Shown in pieces: positions 41,153 to 57,514 of a stretch of DNA of 64,000 nucleotides (position 1 is its first letter; each line of letters starts with the position of its first letter). The stretch is from the human T2T-CHM13v2.0 reference genome, Homo sapiens, in the NCBI RefSeq assembly GCF_009914755.1, contig NC_060942.1; one strand, 5' to 3'. Both the position numbers and the translations under genes were made by a program. The notes beneath the pieces are model-generated. The model saw only the letters and a program-made list of their open reading frames with translations. It made no database searches and was not told the DNA's origin.

Positions 41153-41232
41153 TTAGGTTGGTGCAAATGTTATTGAGGTTTTTGCCATTGAAAGTAATAG
41201 CAAAAATCACAATTATTTTTGCACCAACCTAA
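41153..41232. mobile_element. MADE1 (Hsmar1-derived MITE), 80 bp
   Basis: TA|ttaggttggtgcaaa...tttgcaccaacctaa|TA palindrome with TA TSD. Confidence 0.95.
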
Positions 41233-42149
41233 TACTTTGAAATATCATTATTACTAGTTATTAGAGCCACGGTTATTTAATGCATTAAAAAGTAGCATAT
41301 ATATTATTATACCAGAAATTTGGAGGTTAAAAAATTATTCTGATAACTTTATTTCAGTATAATTGGATTCTGTGGTTATTCTACGTATTTTGTTTTATGC
41401 ATTTAATAAAACATTCTGAGGAGTCTGTAGGCTTCATCAGACCGCTGATGTGTCCAGCACACCAAAAAGTTTAGGAAACCTTGATCTAGTACTTTATGAA
41501 TAAAGTTTTTAGGCTATCATCTTTTAGTTGCAGGCACAAAGATATGAACAAGAAATTCTATTTGCACCATTTGGTGGCCTTAGTAAGTTGGAATCTAGAT
41601 TATCCTTTTTGCAAAGTAGTGTTATTTAGGAATAATCATTTAGTCTATATCCTGTACAATCTTATTTACAATTTTGGTTTTACAATCTAAGTACAATTCC
41701 TGTTCTGGGATTTTTTTTCCAGATATCAGCCAGAGATTTTGCCTCTATCCTATTTAGTGAAACCTTCTACCTCTTGCCTTGTTCATTGCTACACATCTAG
41801 TGAATAGTGCAATACAATTATACTGCTCATGCTTTAAGCAGAACATGTGGTTCAAGTGCAAGGAAGGAAAGACATACTACTTTCCTTTGGATGCCTGTTA
41901 ATCAGGAACGCTCCCAGTTAATTTCTGGGGCTGGTGCAGACCCCAAAATGGCCAAGTCCCAAGGTGAAACACTGGAATTGAGTCAAACCTCTAAAGAGGT
42001 CTTGGAGTCCCATAGACATTCCTAAGGTAACTAACGGCCATGAGAAGAACATTTGGAAGGATCTTCAGCGCAGGAGCACAGCTTGCTGTGGGAGGCAATT
42101 CAATTCAGAAAGCACATCAGAAGCCTAGTAAGTTTAAAGTAAAAAACTA

Positions 42150-42446
<297 letters not shown>

Positions 42447-43214
42447 CCTATTGGCAGGAAAGGCACACCTAGGAGGTTTCTTTTGTGTTTCGACCACATC
42501 TTGTTCATGTAAAATATTTGAAAGATTCAATGTACAATGTCAAAGCTGTTTTTAGGATTCTGATATCCCATGCACAAAATAACTTACCATTTGTTGCTTA
42601 GCAGGAAAAGATACTGGATAATCAAACACAATTTATCCATTTTGGTGTCCTTAAATGACTGTACCTGTTGTAACTGCTCTCTTGGCCAGAGAAATTATGA
42701 ACACTTTACAGAAAAATGTCCCTGTACTGCCCCCAAGAGATAGAATCTCAGAGGTAGCTTTTCAAACCCACATAGTCTAAGAGCTTTGAAGCCTGCAGGG
42801 CCTATTAAAGACATTTATGTAGAATTAACTTCAAGATACCAGGAATACTATTTGGGTGATCAAGGTAAATATTCTTGGGATTTTTTTTCCCCAGACATCA
42901 ACCAAAAACTGTATCTATCCTATTTGGTGCTTAGTTCATTATTACACATCTAGGGAAGGAACAGTAAAATTGTAATGCTCATGGTTTAAGCATAGCATAT
43001 TCTCAGTGTAGGAAGAAAAAGAACAACTGTGCATTTGTCTTGGCACAGGACCTTTTGGAAGGTAAAGAGCATACCATGGGCTTCTCATTATCCCCTATCT
43101 AGAAACAAGTCTGCTTACAGCAGTGTGAGTTCACAGAATCAAGCACTTCAGAGGTCCTCCGTATTTCTCAAACATGACTGTGCCCTGGGCATGCTGTTGC
43201 AGTGCAAATCCTGA

Positions 43215-43564
<350 letters not shown>

Positions 43565-44530
43565 CTGGAGTGGCTTTTTCTGACAAGCTGCCTAGTGATG
43601 CCAGAATTGCTGTTTCTGGAGTCCTCAGATAAGGACTTCTAGGTAGTGATGGAGCCAGGACTACTCCTGGATTTAGAAGGATTTAGAATAGGTAATAATA
43701 AGCAGCCTACAACTCAGGAAGATTTTAGGGGTGGGGCTTCAGCAAGACTGAATTACTTTTCATAAAAGAAGAGGGTATTTCCACCATGCCATGATGCTAG
43801 TCAATTTTTGCTTTACTCCCTCCAGGTTACCTAAAGCCCGAAGAGAAAATCAAATGTAGTGCAATATTATCCATAAATATTAACATGCTATTATTCCTTA
43901 AGGAATAAAGGTTCTTCTATTGTTAATAAGCCTGTCATTTTAACTTCTTTACTCTTCACAAAAATTTCTAGAACTTATCTTAAAATATTTTGATAATGAA
44001 GACACTGCTTATTATGGCACTAGTTTACTCTTTAGACAACTCGAAAGTTGTATTTATTTTAATTATATAAAGAATTGTTAGTACTTTTCTGGAGGTAATT
44101 ACCACCGTTAGCACTTCACTGTATTTGGGGAAAACATGATTTTTTCTTAATGATCATACTTACCTACACCAAATGCTTTTATGCCTCACTTTCAGACCAG
44201 GCTGACAAGAGGTTTGTTTTTGCAGTATGTCTAGCAAAAAAAAAAAAAAAATGCCTTTACTGTTTATTTACTCTTGTATTTTTAGAGTTTGCATTTTTAA
44301 TGATCCTAATTTATTAGAGAATAATTCTCAGTGCTGCCGTCAGTATTCATTATTAATATCTTCTAAAGCAGATGGAGTTATACAAATCTAAAGATATGAG
44401 TAGCACAATCTATCTGCTTTTGCAGTAGGTAGTGTGTCAACATAAAACCGACAATCTTACTCATATACTACTCTCATTACAAAGATAATAACCTTCTGTA
44501 AGTCTCTGAAATCTCAATAATATGGATTTT

Positions 44531-44843
44531 GGCCAGGGAGGGTGACTCATGCCTGTAATCCCAGCACTTTGGGAGGCCGAGGAGGGCAGATTCCTTGAGC
44601 TCAGGAGTAAGAGACCAGCCTGGGCAACATGGCAAAACCCCATCTCTACAAAAAAAAAAAAAAAAAAATTAGCCAGGCATGGTGGTGTGCACCTGAGTCC
44701 TGGCTACTCAGGAGGCTGAGATGGGAGGATCGCTTCAGCCCAGGGGTTCGAGGCTCCAGTGAGCCATGATTGGGACACTGCACTCCATCCTGGGTAACAG
44801 AACAAGACCCCCCTGCAATAATAATAATAATAATAATAATAAA
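44531..44843 (+). mobile_element. Alu (J-like), (AAT)n tail
   Basis: Consensus. Confidence 0.9.
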
Positions 44844-45798
44844 TTTATAAAAATGAATCATGGTGCTGGGATGAGATAAGGCTGCTCCATTCTCATGGCA
44901 ACTGATACCTGATACAAAAGTTTTTCCAGGCATCTTCCTTTAATTTTAAGAAAAGCTGATGAATATATGCCCATCTTGAGATAACTGGCACATATACAGC
45001 TTTACACTTTGCCAATGGAAGGGTTTTACAGGGAAGTCACATGGCCAGGTGTGTGCCCGCAGACTGCCACTTTAAGGCTCCTCCCCATTCACAGGTGAAT
45101 AGGCTGAACTGAAAACAAAGCCCAAAATAGCAGCCTCAATTTCCACCAGTAGAGAATTCACACAACTAATCCACATCTCTGCCTTCCTCTGTTTGTTCCG
45201 TAATCAAACCGAACACCTATTTCCTCCTCTGGTTTCATGTTCATTTGGGCCTTGACACGTTGTTTTACCTGATCCTCTGTGTCATAATCCATCTTTCTTC
45301 CAAGAAGAGCTTGTGTCTTCTTTCTGGGCCCAGCATTGTTTGTATTGTCTGCAAGGCCATTTGACCACACTGACAAGGCCTGGTGAGCTTTATTCTGGGC
45401 AATCAAGAATGTGCCAAGGATGGCTCTTGCCTTTTTCTCAGAGAGTTTAATATCAGACACCAAGGAGGAAGCCCATTAGGAAGATATTGAATTCACAACA
45501 GAGTTGCAGTGAATCTTTGCTCCCAAAGAAACAGCAATGCACAATGCAAATGGCTTATTTTATATATTTATTGAGGTGGATATAAAATTTATGCAGTGAG
45601 GTATATAAAGTACATAAATTTCAAACATGATGAATTTTTATATATGTACACATCTATGTAGCCATTGCCCAGACTGAAAGATAAAATGTTTTCAGCCTCC
45701 AGAAATTTCCTTTATGTCTCTTTCCAGCCAACCTATCTTAACGGTAACCACTTTAGTGACTTCTGTCATCACAAATATTTCCTTAAAGACTAAGTTCT

Positions 45799-46095
45799 TT
45801 TTTTTTTTTAAGTCAGGGTCTCGCTCTATGGCCCAGGCTGGAATGCAGTGGCATGCTGTGATCTCAGCTCACTGCAACCTCTGCATCCCAGGCTCCAACG
45901 ATCCTCCCACCTTAGCCTCCCGAGTAGTTGGGACTACAGGCGCGTGCCACTCCGCCTGGCTAATTTTTCTATTTTTAGTAGAGACAGGGTTTTGCCATGT
46001 TGCCCAGGCTTGTCTTGAATTCCTGAGCTTAAGTAGTCTGCCCGCCTCGTCCTCCAAAGTGCTGGGATTACAGGTGTGAGTCACTGTGCCCAGCC
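45799..46095 (-). mobile_element. Alu (J-like)
   Basis: Antisense consensus. Confidence 0.95.
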
Positions 46096-46610
46096 AAGTT
46101 TAAGTTCTTAAAACTCAAATGAGTCATTTCTGTGTGCACAACAGCAAATAAAATGTCATAATTGTTTCTCATTCACAATAAGCTTAGGTTTCAGGCATTA
46201 TAATAAGCAGTATTTAATTAAGAAATTGGAAAATTGAAATTGAGAACTACACAAAGCCTTTCCCTAATTTCTTTTACCACAAGAAGAGCTTCACTTTTTG
46301 ATCACACAAATGAATGATGCCCTTTGAGCCAGCTGGGCTTCAGAATTTAGACACTTTTGGAGCATACACTGTATGTTACATAATACCCACTGTGGGATCC
46401 AGAGCAGTGCCTATTAACACATTCACATTTTTGAAGAGAAATAAATAAATAAATATTTACACTATGTTGGGGAAATACAGACTATAGACAGTCTTGTGAC
46501 AAATTCTTATTTGTCACCAAATAAATTCTGGAACTACCAAAATGACAAAATTTAAAAAAAAACTTTTTGGATTTTGGAATTATAGATAATAGTTTGTGGA
46601 TCTGTAGTAG

Positions 46611-46928
<318 letters not shown>

Positions 46929-47176
46929 GATAATATATTATTTAAGGGACTTTTCTGCTTGAGGCAAGGCTCATTCTGATGTCCATGGTCTTCACAAAGC
47001 TTTCTGAGGTAATCCAAATTTAAGAAGTGACTACTTCTTTTGAACTACTATAGCACTTTGAGCTTATTCTTCACATGGTGATTAAAAAAAAAAAAAAAAC
47101 TTTTATAATGAAATGCTTGGTTAAACCCAAAAGTAGAAAATGTAGTATAATGAACCCCATAAAGACCTCATCTGGA

Positions 47177-47498
<322 letters not shown>

Positions 47499-47758
47499 CC
47501 TCATCCAACCTCAACAATCTCATTAGAAATATAATGATTGTATCACTTCACCTGTAAATATTTAATAACTTACTGCCTGTTTAAATACTTACATGAGTAA
47601 ATACTTTGTTTCCATATTGTAATATAGACTCCCTGATGATGAAGTAAATGTTGGGTCTTTTTCATTTCTATTTCCCAATTACCTTTTCTCAGCAGGAAAT
47701 TTAATACAGGAAAATGAATTATGCCCTGAGGAATGCTTGATGAATGTACAACATCAAA

Positions 47759-47943
47759 CAGTGGTTCTTAAGCTTGAGTGTGTGTCCAGATCACTTGGAG
47801 AGCTTGTTATAACGAAGACACTTGGGCCCCAACTCTGGAGTTTCTGATTCAGTGGCTGTGGGGTGGGGCCTGAGAATTTGCATTTCTAACAAGTTCAATG
47901 ATGATGATGATGATGGCCTGGGACCACACTGTGAGAACTCCCG
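47759..47943. mobile_element. MER5A (hAT-Charlie)
   Basis: cagtggttct...ctgattcagt...gggtggggcctgagaatttgcatttctaacaag...ggaccacact. Confidence 0.85.
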
Positions 47944-48537
47944 CGTTAGATGTCAACACTGAGTGATTTGCACAATAAAACAGTTTTATCCTTTAATCAA
48001 GTATCAATCATATGTGAGGACTTAGGAATACAGGAAGAAATACTTTTTATAAATCTCTACTCTCATGGAGTTTCTAATATGTTGTATAAAAGTATACAAA
48101 ACAGAAATACATGAGAACTATTAAGAAACATGGGTGTTGGAGACCCATATCGGAACATTCTTGTTTTATTGGTATAAGGTAGGCATCAATTTGTTTAAAG
48201 CTCCCTGGTGATTCCAGTGTGCGTTTACATACTATTACACCAGTGTTCACTGAAGAGCTGAGATTAGAATTTGTCCTTGAATTACGAAGCAGTTTTTAAT
48301 TGACAGCTTACAGCGGGGAAGGCTTTCCCAGGTTGGGGAGTGGGGTGACATAATGCTCCAAGCTTACTTTCAAATCTTTCCAAGACACTGAACTGTACAT
48401 AAACATATTTTAAAATATTCAGTCTGTACAGTGTAGTTTGTATCCTCTTTCCACTTATTAGTGGTACCCTTGGATGAATCAACCTCTAAGTCCTCAGTTT
48501 TCCCATATGTAAAATGGGGATAATAATTATACCTACC

Positions 48538-49435
<898 letters not shown>

Positions 49436-50479
49436 TCATCTATATGCCAGGCAGACAGACTGCATGAGAATACTTTGCATCTGTATCCTTTTAATATTCA
49501 CAAAACTCTTGCATATTTTGTGTCTCATTCCTCTTTTCAATGCCCTTTGAGATACATAGGGAAAGTTTAATTGTGTCCACCTAACCGGAGAAAAAGACAT
49601 CCAGCCTCTTATTAAGACAGTGTGAGAGCTAGCCCTAGAATTCAAGTATTCCACACTCCCAAAGTGTGCTTTTTCCTTCGATGTAAATAAGTAAATGAAC
49701 AAAATAAAACAAAAGCAAAAAGAAAAAATTTGAAGAACTGAGGCATTTGTCCAGATAATTTTCAAACATCCCCTCCATGCCTTCCACTCCCACCCCATAG
49801 GAATCCAAACAACCTTCCTTCTATCATTCCCTGATTATCTATAATTGGGATGTCTAATTTATGGATAACTTATACTCTGCTTGGAGTTATATTTCTTGCT
49901 CAGCCATAGTTCTAGTCAAAAATTGTCAGGTTTTATCTTCATTTACTGGAGAGACCCTGCATTTAGAAGAGATTCTTTCCTTCTCTCAAGGATTATCCAG
50001 AAAGTGATTGAGCCATGTTTAGCCTTAAATCCTACCCTCACATTTTTGTGAAAAAGCCCATATTTGTATAAATCAACTCTAATTGGGTTTTCTGTTGTTG
50101 GGAGCTAAAAATCATTTCTAACAGTTACTGTTAAAATGCACAAAAATCTTGTTCCTGTCGTAATATCTTCATTTATATTTCCTCCTTTAGAATAGCTCAT
50201 TAACTCTTATTAGGTCAAATTGAGGATGTCAAGTATAAACTACTAGTAGTAGATTAGTAATAATAGTAGTAAGGATAATCATAGTACTGTTTTGATTCTG
50301 TGTGCCCTGACCTACTATATATTAGACCTTAACATTCATTTTTAAAAACTCTATACTTGAAAAATAACTACACACTTACATTATTTCTGGAGACCTATGG
50401 ATGTATATAATTCCCCTTGGTCTTTTAACTGATGAGACATCTTAGTGTCTCACTATAACTATTACTGGATCAAAGTAGC

Positions 50480-50778
50480 TTTTTTTTTTTGGAGACAGGG
50501 TCTCACTCTGTCACCTAGGCTGGAGTGCAGGGATGCGACCTCAGCTCAGTGCAACCTCCGCCTCCTGGGCTCAAGTGATCCTCCCACCTCAGCCTCCCAA
50601 GTAGCTAAGACTACAGGCATGCCCCATCAGGCCTGGCTAATTTTTTTTTTTTTTTTTTTGTAAAGATGAGGTTTCACCATATTGCCCAGGCTGGTCTCAA
50701 ACTCCTGTGCTCAAGCAATCCACCCACCTTGGCCTCCTAGAGTGCTGGGATTACAGGAGTGAGCCACCTCACTCAGCC
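50480..50778 (-). mobile_element. Alu (J-like)
   Basis: Antisense consensus. Confidence 0.95.
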
Positions 50779-51429
50779 CAAAATAGTATCATTTAAAGAT
50801 GAAATAGCTCAATTCAAGCAAGAATGCTGGACAGATAGGGGATAAAAGGTAAATGCAAGAAAGCACAGTATTTTTCAAAGCTTAAGATGATCATGCAGAA
50901 AATTCACAACCAGTTGCAGAGTAATGACTACTTTATTTAACCCAGGAGTTATATCCGCCAGTGTAATTCTTGCCTGTAGAAACCAGCAGAGGGAAATTTC
51001 AGAAGGTTTAGACACTATGTTTCTACTAATGATTACTCATGTTTTCCAATTACATGTGTCTTTTCCTGCCTTTTCACTGCTCAGATCCCAATATATGTAA
51101 TATGTCACTCAGCAGCTGTTACATGAAAGGAACATGTTAGGTTGCTGTATTAACTTTTCCAGCATGCATGTGTGTGCACTGGAGAAGAACCCAGGCTCTT
51201 CTACTCCTCTGACATCCTTAGAGTGCAGGCCTTCATTCTCTTGTTTGTCATCTTATGGCCCAATGATGGGTGCCATGCCACTACACATCTGTGGCAAAAA
51301 GTGAGATGAAGCAAAACAGCCAAAGACACATGCCAGTTGAATCTGTTCTTTTTTTTAAAAAAGGCTTTCCAGAAGCCCCGGCTGTCAGCTTCCTTGTATG
51401 TGTTTCTAACAGGGTCACCTTAGACCCGC

Positions 51430-51712
51430 ATGATCCAACTGAAATAGAGTGCAAGCCACAAATAGGAATTACGTATATAATTTTAAATTTTCTGTAGCCA
51501 CATTTAAAAAGTAAAAGAGGTTTAAAAAATAACTTTAATAATATGTTGCATGAACCGAAAATATACAGAATATTATTTCAACATGTGATCAATATTTTAA
51601 AAATTAAGATATTTCCATTCTTTACATGTTTTTGCACTGTCTGCAAATCCAATGTATATCTCAACTTAAAATAGCCATATTGCAAGTACTCAACAGCCAT
51701 ATGTCACTATAT
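51430..51712. mobile_element. MER33 (hAT-Charlie)
   Basis: gcaagccaca...taattttaaattttct...gccacatt...aatattatttcaacatgt...atagccatattgcaagtactcaacagcca. Confidence 0.75.
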
Positions 51713-51738
51713 TGTAAAGGAAAAGAAGCCTGTGACAT

Positions 51739-52790
<1,052 letters not shown>

Positions 52791-53004
52791 AGCCTTTGAC
52801 CAATCACTGTAAGTGGCTAAGGGGAAAGAAATTGTTGTCAGAGCAGACCAGAAAACAGCAGTTTCTACCTCCTTGACAGTAGCGGGTATTTAATAAGGAA
52901 TAAATTGACTTCAATTTAAGCAAAATAAGTTCCCTCCATGATAGCTCTCTACAACTTTCAATCTGGGATTATTCGAATGTAGGACAAACTGTCCTTAAAT
53001 TCTT

Positions 53005-53580
53005 TAAATTGACAAACAATTGTATATAATTATGGTCGGGCGCGGGTGACTCATGTCTGTAATCCCAGCACTTTGGGAGGCCGAAGCAAGCAGATCACTT
53101 GAGGCCAGAAATTCGAGACTAGCCTGGGAAACATGGTGAGAAACCCCGGCTCTACTAAAAACACAAAAATCAGCTAGGCATGGTGGCGGGTGCCTGTAAT
53201 CCCAGCTACTTGGGAGGCTAAGTCAAAAGAATCGCTTGAACCTGCAAGGCGGAGGTTTCGGTGAGTCAAGATCACGCCACCGCACTCCAGCCTGGGCGAC
53301 AGAGCAAGACTCCATCTCGAAAGAAAAAAAATGTATATACTTTAATGCAATGGGATACAATGTAATGTTTCAATACATTGTGGAATGATCAAATTAGGCT
53401 AATATATCCATCACCTTACATGCTTATTTCTTTTTGGTGAGAATATTTTAAATCTACTCTTTCAGCCATTGCGAAATATACATTATGAACTATAGTCACC
53501 ATGCTGTGCGATATTTCTAAAACTTACTCCTGAAACTTTTTACCCTTTGACCAACATCTCCCCATTCCCCATCTACCCCC
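53005..53580 (-). mobile_element. L1MA-like 3' end interrupted by an Alu (53035-53330, plus)
   Basis: attgacaaacaattgtatat ... atacattgtggaatgatcaaattagg ... actatagtcaccatgctgtgc ... taccctttgaccaacatctcccc. Confidence 0.8.
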
Positions 53581-54299
53581 CAACACCCCCACAACTGTCT
53601 TTCAAAGACAAAAGAATTTCACCTCTACTAATGAAGCATTTATGTAGAAAGACACTGGTAATGTTTAGTTTCCTTCATCCAACCTGCTGCATCTTGTAAG
53701 TTCCTGGCAAGCAGAGTTACTTTAGGTCATTCATATTTATAACCTCTCCTTGCCTGCGGTGGTTATTATAGCAACCACACCTATGGATTATCACCTAACT
53801 GGAGTTTCCTCCTCACAGGCCCCACCCTTCAATGTTCAGAGAGGGGCGATTGCCCCAGATTTTATTTAATTGTCAGAGTTTAGGAGGGAGCAATTCACTC
53901 TTCCCTACTTCCACTCCATCTTCTCAATCCTACATTTCCATCACTTTTAATTTTATTCTGCCTTGCCTCTTTTTTTATATTTTACATCTTATTTTTGAAA
54001 TTGTCATTACCATGCCTTGTTTTAAGAGTACACAAGCTCATTATAGTAAAGAGTTTTGGGTGATAACATTTTCTGAAATAAGGGTGAAGAAATATCCTCC
54101 CATGTCACAACCGTTGGGAGGGCGGGGGTAGGGATGTTGAAAGGCACGGTCCCTGCGGCTTTCAAGGACAAGACAATTAAGTGTTCCGGTGCTTTTCTGA
54201 GGCAGAACATTGAGCATCTATTTATGGTGACTGTGACAGTGGAGGTGATTGGTAAATTCACCGCAGGCCAATAACCTTGCCAGCAGCCATGAGGAGTGG

Positions 54300-55480
54300 C
54301 AAAGAATTCTGCAGAAGAGCAAGTCCTATGCACACAAAACAGCTCGGAAAGTGAAAGCGTCGCTGAAGTGCGGAAGCCTCGCATTTCCTGGGTCCTCTTC
54401 TTCCTTCCTTTGCCGTCTCCTGCCCTCCCGTTCTCCCCCTTCCTCTGTGGCTCAGGCAGGACAGACCCCAACTCCCAGCTTCCCTGGCCTCCGCGGGTTC
54501 GGAGACTGGGACCCCCGGGCCAGGAGTGCTGGGGGCGCGGTCGGCCAGCCCCGGCTTCCTTCATGGAGCGGCGGAGCTCCACCTCCTCCTCCGCACTGCA
54601 CTTCTCACATCCTCAGCATCGCGTCCACGAGGCCGCCCGCCCCGCCTCAGAACCGTAACCTCCAGGAGCTGGGTTGAGGAAGGCGCGGAGGACAGGAACC
54701 CCAGCGCCGGCAGCTAAGCCTCCAGACGGAGCCCGCCCCTCCGGCCGGTTCCTGCCTCCAATTGGCCCGCGAGCCCGTCCGTCTCCACCGTGGGCCACGC
54801 CTTCCGGGCCCCGCGGCTGGCCGGCTCCTCGCGCCCTCCCCTCTCTCGGCCGCTCTTCGGGCCGCCTCTGCGTGTGGGGCCGCCCGCGCCAGTGTGAGCC
54901 TGAGCTGACGGCGGCTCCGGGAGGCTCGCAGAAGGGGAGGGCCGGGCGGCGCGGGAGCTGAGCATCGCCAGGGCGGGCGGCAGGGCGCGGCCTCTCCGCC
55001 GGGTGTACCACCTGTCGCGGCGCGAGACCTCTGGTAAGGCCCGGCGCGGTGGGGCCCGGGCGGGGGTCCGGGAGAGGAGCGGGCGCCGGCCTCCCCTGGC
55101 CCGGCCCCGAGAGCCCAGCGCTGCCGCGCCTCCGGCCTCCGCGCGTGCGGCCCCCGCCGTTCCCGGCCTGGCGGTGGGGGCTGGGGGAAGGGAAGCGGTC
55201 TGCGGAGTCCGGGCTGAGGGCGAGGGACCGGCTACATCGCGGCGACCCAGGTTCCAGCGGCCGCGGCTCTACCCGGCGCGCGATTTCCAGGTTCCTCCGC
55301 CGGCTGGTGCCTGGGCGCCCCGCTCTCGCCCGGGAGCGAGGCCCTGGGCCTCCAAACGCCAGCATCTCTTTCTCGCTCTTTCTGCACCCCTCCACAAAAG
55401 GACTTCTGTGGCTGGAAACCCTTTGGCAAGCCTATCTCCTTTATTCAGTCGGGCCGAGTTAACGGCAGGAGTTAGGCTGT
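54300..55480 (+). promoter_or_regulatory. ME2: CpG-island promoter of ME2
   Basis: The only CpG-dense, very GC-rich block in the window. GC boxes at ~54633-54647 and 54732-54740, CCAATTGG at 54758-54765, ETS-like CGGAAG/CTTCC motifs, no TATA box. Gene assigned from the recalled exon-1 sequence. Confidence 0.9.
54780..55033 (+). other. ME2: Non-coding first exon (5' UTR) of ME2; TSS approximate
   Basis: Ends ...CCACCTGTCGCGGCGCGAGACCTCTG|GTAAGG with a strong donor (GT 55034-35) and contains no ATG. Matches my recollection of the ME2 mRNA leader, which splices to the exon encoding MLSRLRVV; that exon is not in this window. Confidence 0.8.
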
Positions 55481-55849
55481 GTGTGTGGCTCCTCCCTTTA
55501 AAAAAAGACTTGCTGCGGGCTGGAGAGTTCTGAGATTGGACCGATTCCGTCTATTATTAAATGCCATCTGTGGACCGGGATTGGCAGGTGTTTCTTTCAC
55601 GCTGGCGATAACTATCTCTGCATGTGGTGTTACCTAGGTGGTCCTAGGTTTCGACTTTCTTTTTTGGTTCCAGAGATAATTCTAGAAAATTTACGTTGCT
55701 TGTGGTGAGAAGCGTGATCAAATTAACACGTGCTTTCTTACAAAACGTTTTATCATCTTCTGTCTGTGGATTTACCTTCCTGATGCTTGTGGCTATCACC
55801 TCTAAGCAAAGAGGTTAATAGCATTGCTATTTCTGTTAGTGTTGCAGTT

Positions 55850-56070
55850 GATAACGATAACAATAGTAGCATGTATTAATTGCTAGTGACAGGCAGAGCG
55901 CTAGTTTCTACACGGATTATCTCAAAATAACCCTTTGAGGTTGATACTGTTACTGCCTCCACTTTACAAACCAGGAAACTAAGGTTTAGGTAGGTTAAGT
56001 AACTTGCCTAAGACCACAGTTTTAACGTGACAAAGCCTAGATTCAAACTCAAGTGGTCTAACTTCATAGC
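55850..56070 (-). mobile_element. MIR
   Basis: ccactttaca...ggaaactaaggtttaggtaggttaagtaacttgcctaagaccaca. Confidence 0.75.
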
Positions 56071-56229
56071 TGCATCCTCCACCCCCACTCCCTTAAACGT
56101 GTATACTCCTTAAGCATTGCTCATGTTGTTAAGCTAATTGCGATGTTGTACCCATAATTTTGATTTTCAATTTACAAATACTCTGTAAATTAGATGAGAG
56201 AAACAGTTGTTTTTAAAAACATACATATA

Positions 56230-56441
56230 GGCCGTTCGCGGTGGCTCACGCATGTAATTCCAGCACTTCTGGGAGGCCGACGTGGGTGGATCACCTGAGG
56301 GCAGCTAATTTTTGTAATTTTAATAGAGACGGGGGCTTCGCCGTATTGGCCAGGCTGGTCTCGAACTCCTGACCTCAAGTGATCTACCCACCTTGACCTT
56401 CCAAAGTGCTGGGATTACAGGCGTTAGCGACCGCGCCTAGC
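56230..56441. mobile_element. Chimeric inverted Alu fusion
   Basis: Plus-strand Alu 5' ~70 nt joined directly to an antisense left arm. Confidence 0.9.
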
Positions 56442-56723
56442 TCCTAATATGACTTTTATCATGCATTAATAGGAAATGTTGGGCTATGCTTCTGTAGAAA
56501 TATTCTCTTGAGAATAATATATTTATGCTTAGTAGCTATTTCTGAGAACTGCTTATGGGTGACACCCTTAGAGGGTGTTTATATGTTTTTGTCTTTTAAT
56601 ATATTTATGAAAACAAAATATTCATAAAGGAAAAAACCCATTTACCATTTGGGAACTTCTTTTGTAAAATTAAAAACTTATAGCTATGTATGTATAATCT
56701 GTATATTAAGTTAAAAACTCTAA

Positions 56724-57060
<337 letters not shown>

Positions 57061-57514
57061 GAACTAGCCGTATTTTAAAACACAAATAACATTAAAACCT
57101 ATATTTACTAAGGATTAATATTACAGGACAAAATTCACACTAAATAAAAATTACATTGACTTTATAAAAAGATAACTTTTATTAGAAATTAACTATTTTA
57201 TTTGAAAGTTACGATTTTGATTTTATGGTGGCATATTGTACCTCCTTTGATCAATATGTACAAATTTCAAAAGTGATAAAAAATATATTCTGTATATACT
57301 TGTTTAGGATGACATTTGATGTTGCCTGTATTTGTATACCATCCAGATTCTCATTCTTGACTTTGAGATTTGATTTGAAATATTTTGAATAAATGTTAAT
57401 CATGATTATCCTTATAGCCTCTTATATTAATTTGATCATTAAAAGATGTTGATGCAGAAACAAGCAGGCATTTAGAAGGCACCTTGTGACCACCTTAGTC
57501 TACAACTACTAATA

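Noticed and set aside
54022-55533. Long R/G/P/A-rich ORFs (up to 260 aa) on both strands
   Set aside because: Expected from stop-codon scarcity in a CpG island; low complexity, no recognisable domain, and several run through the exon-1 donor.
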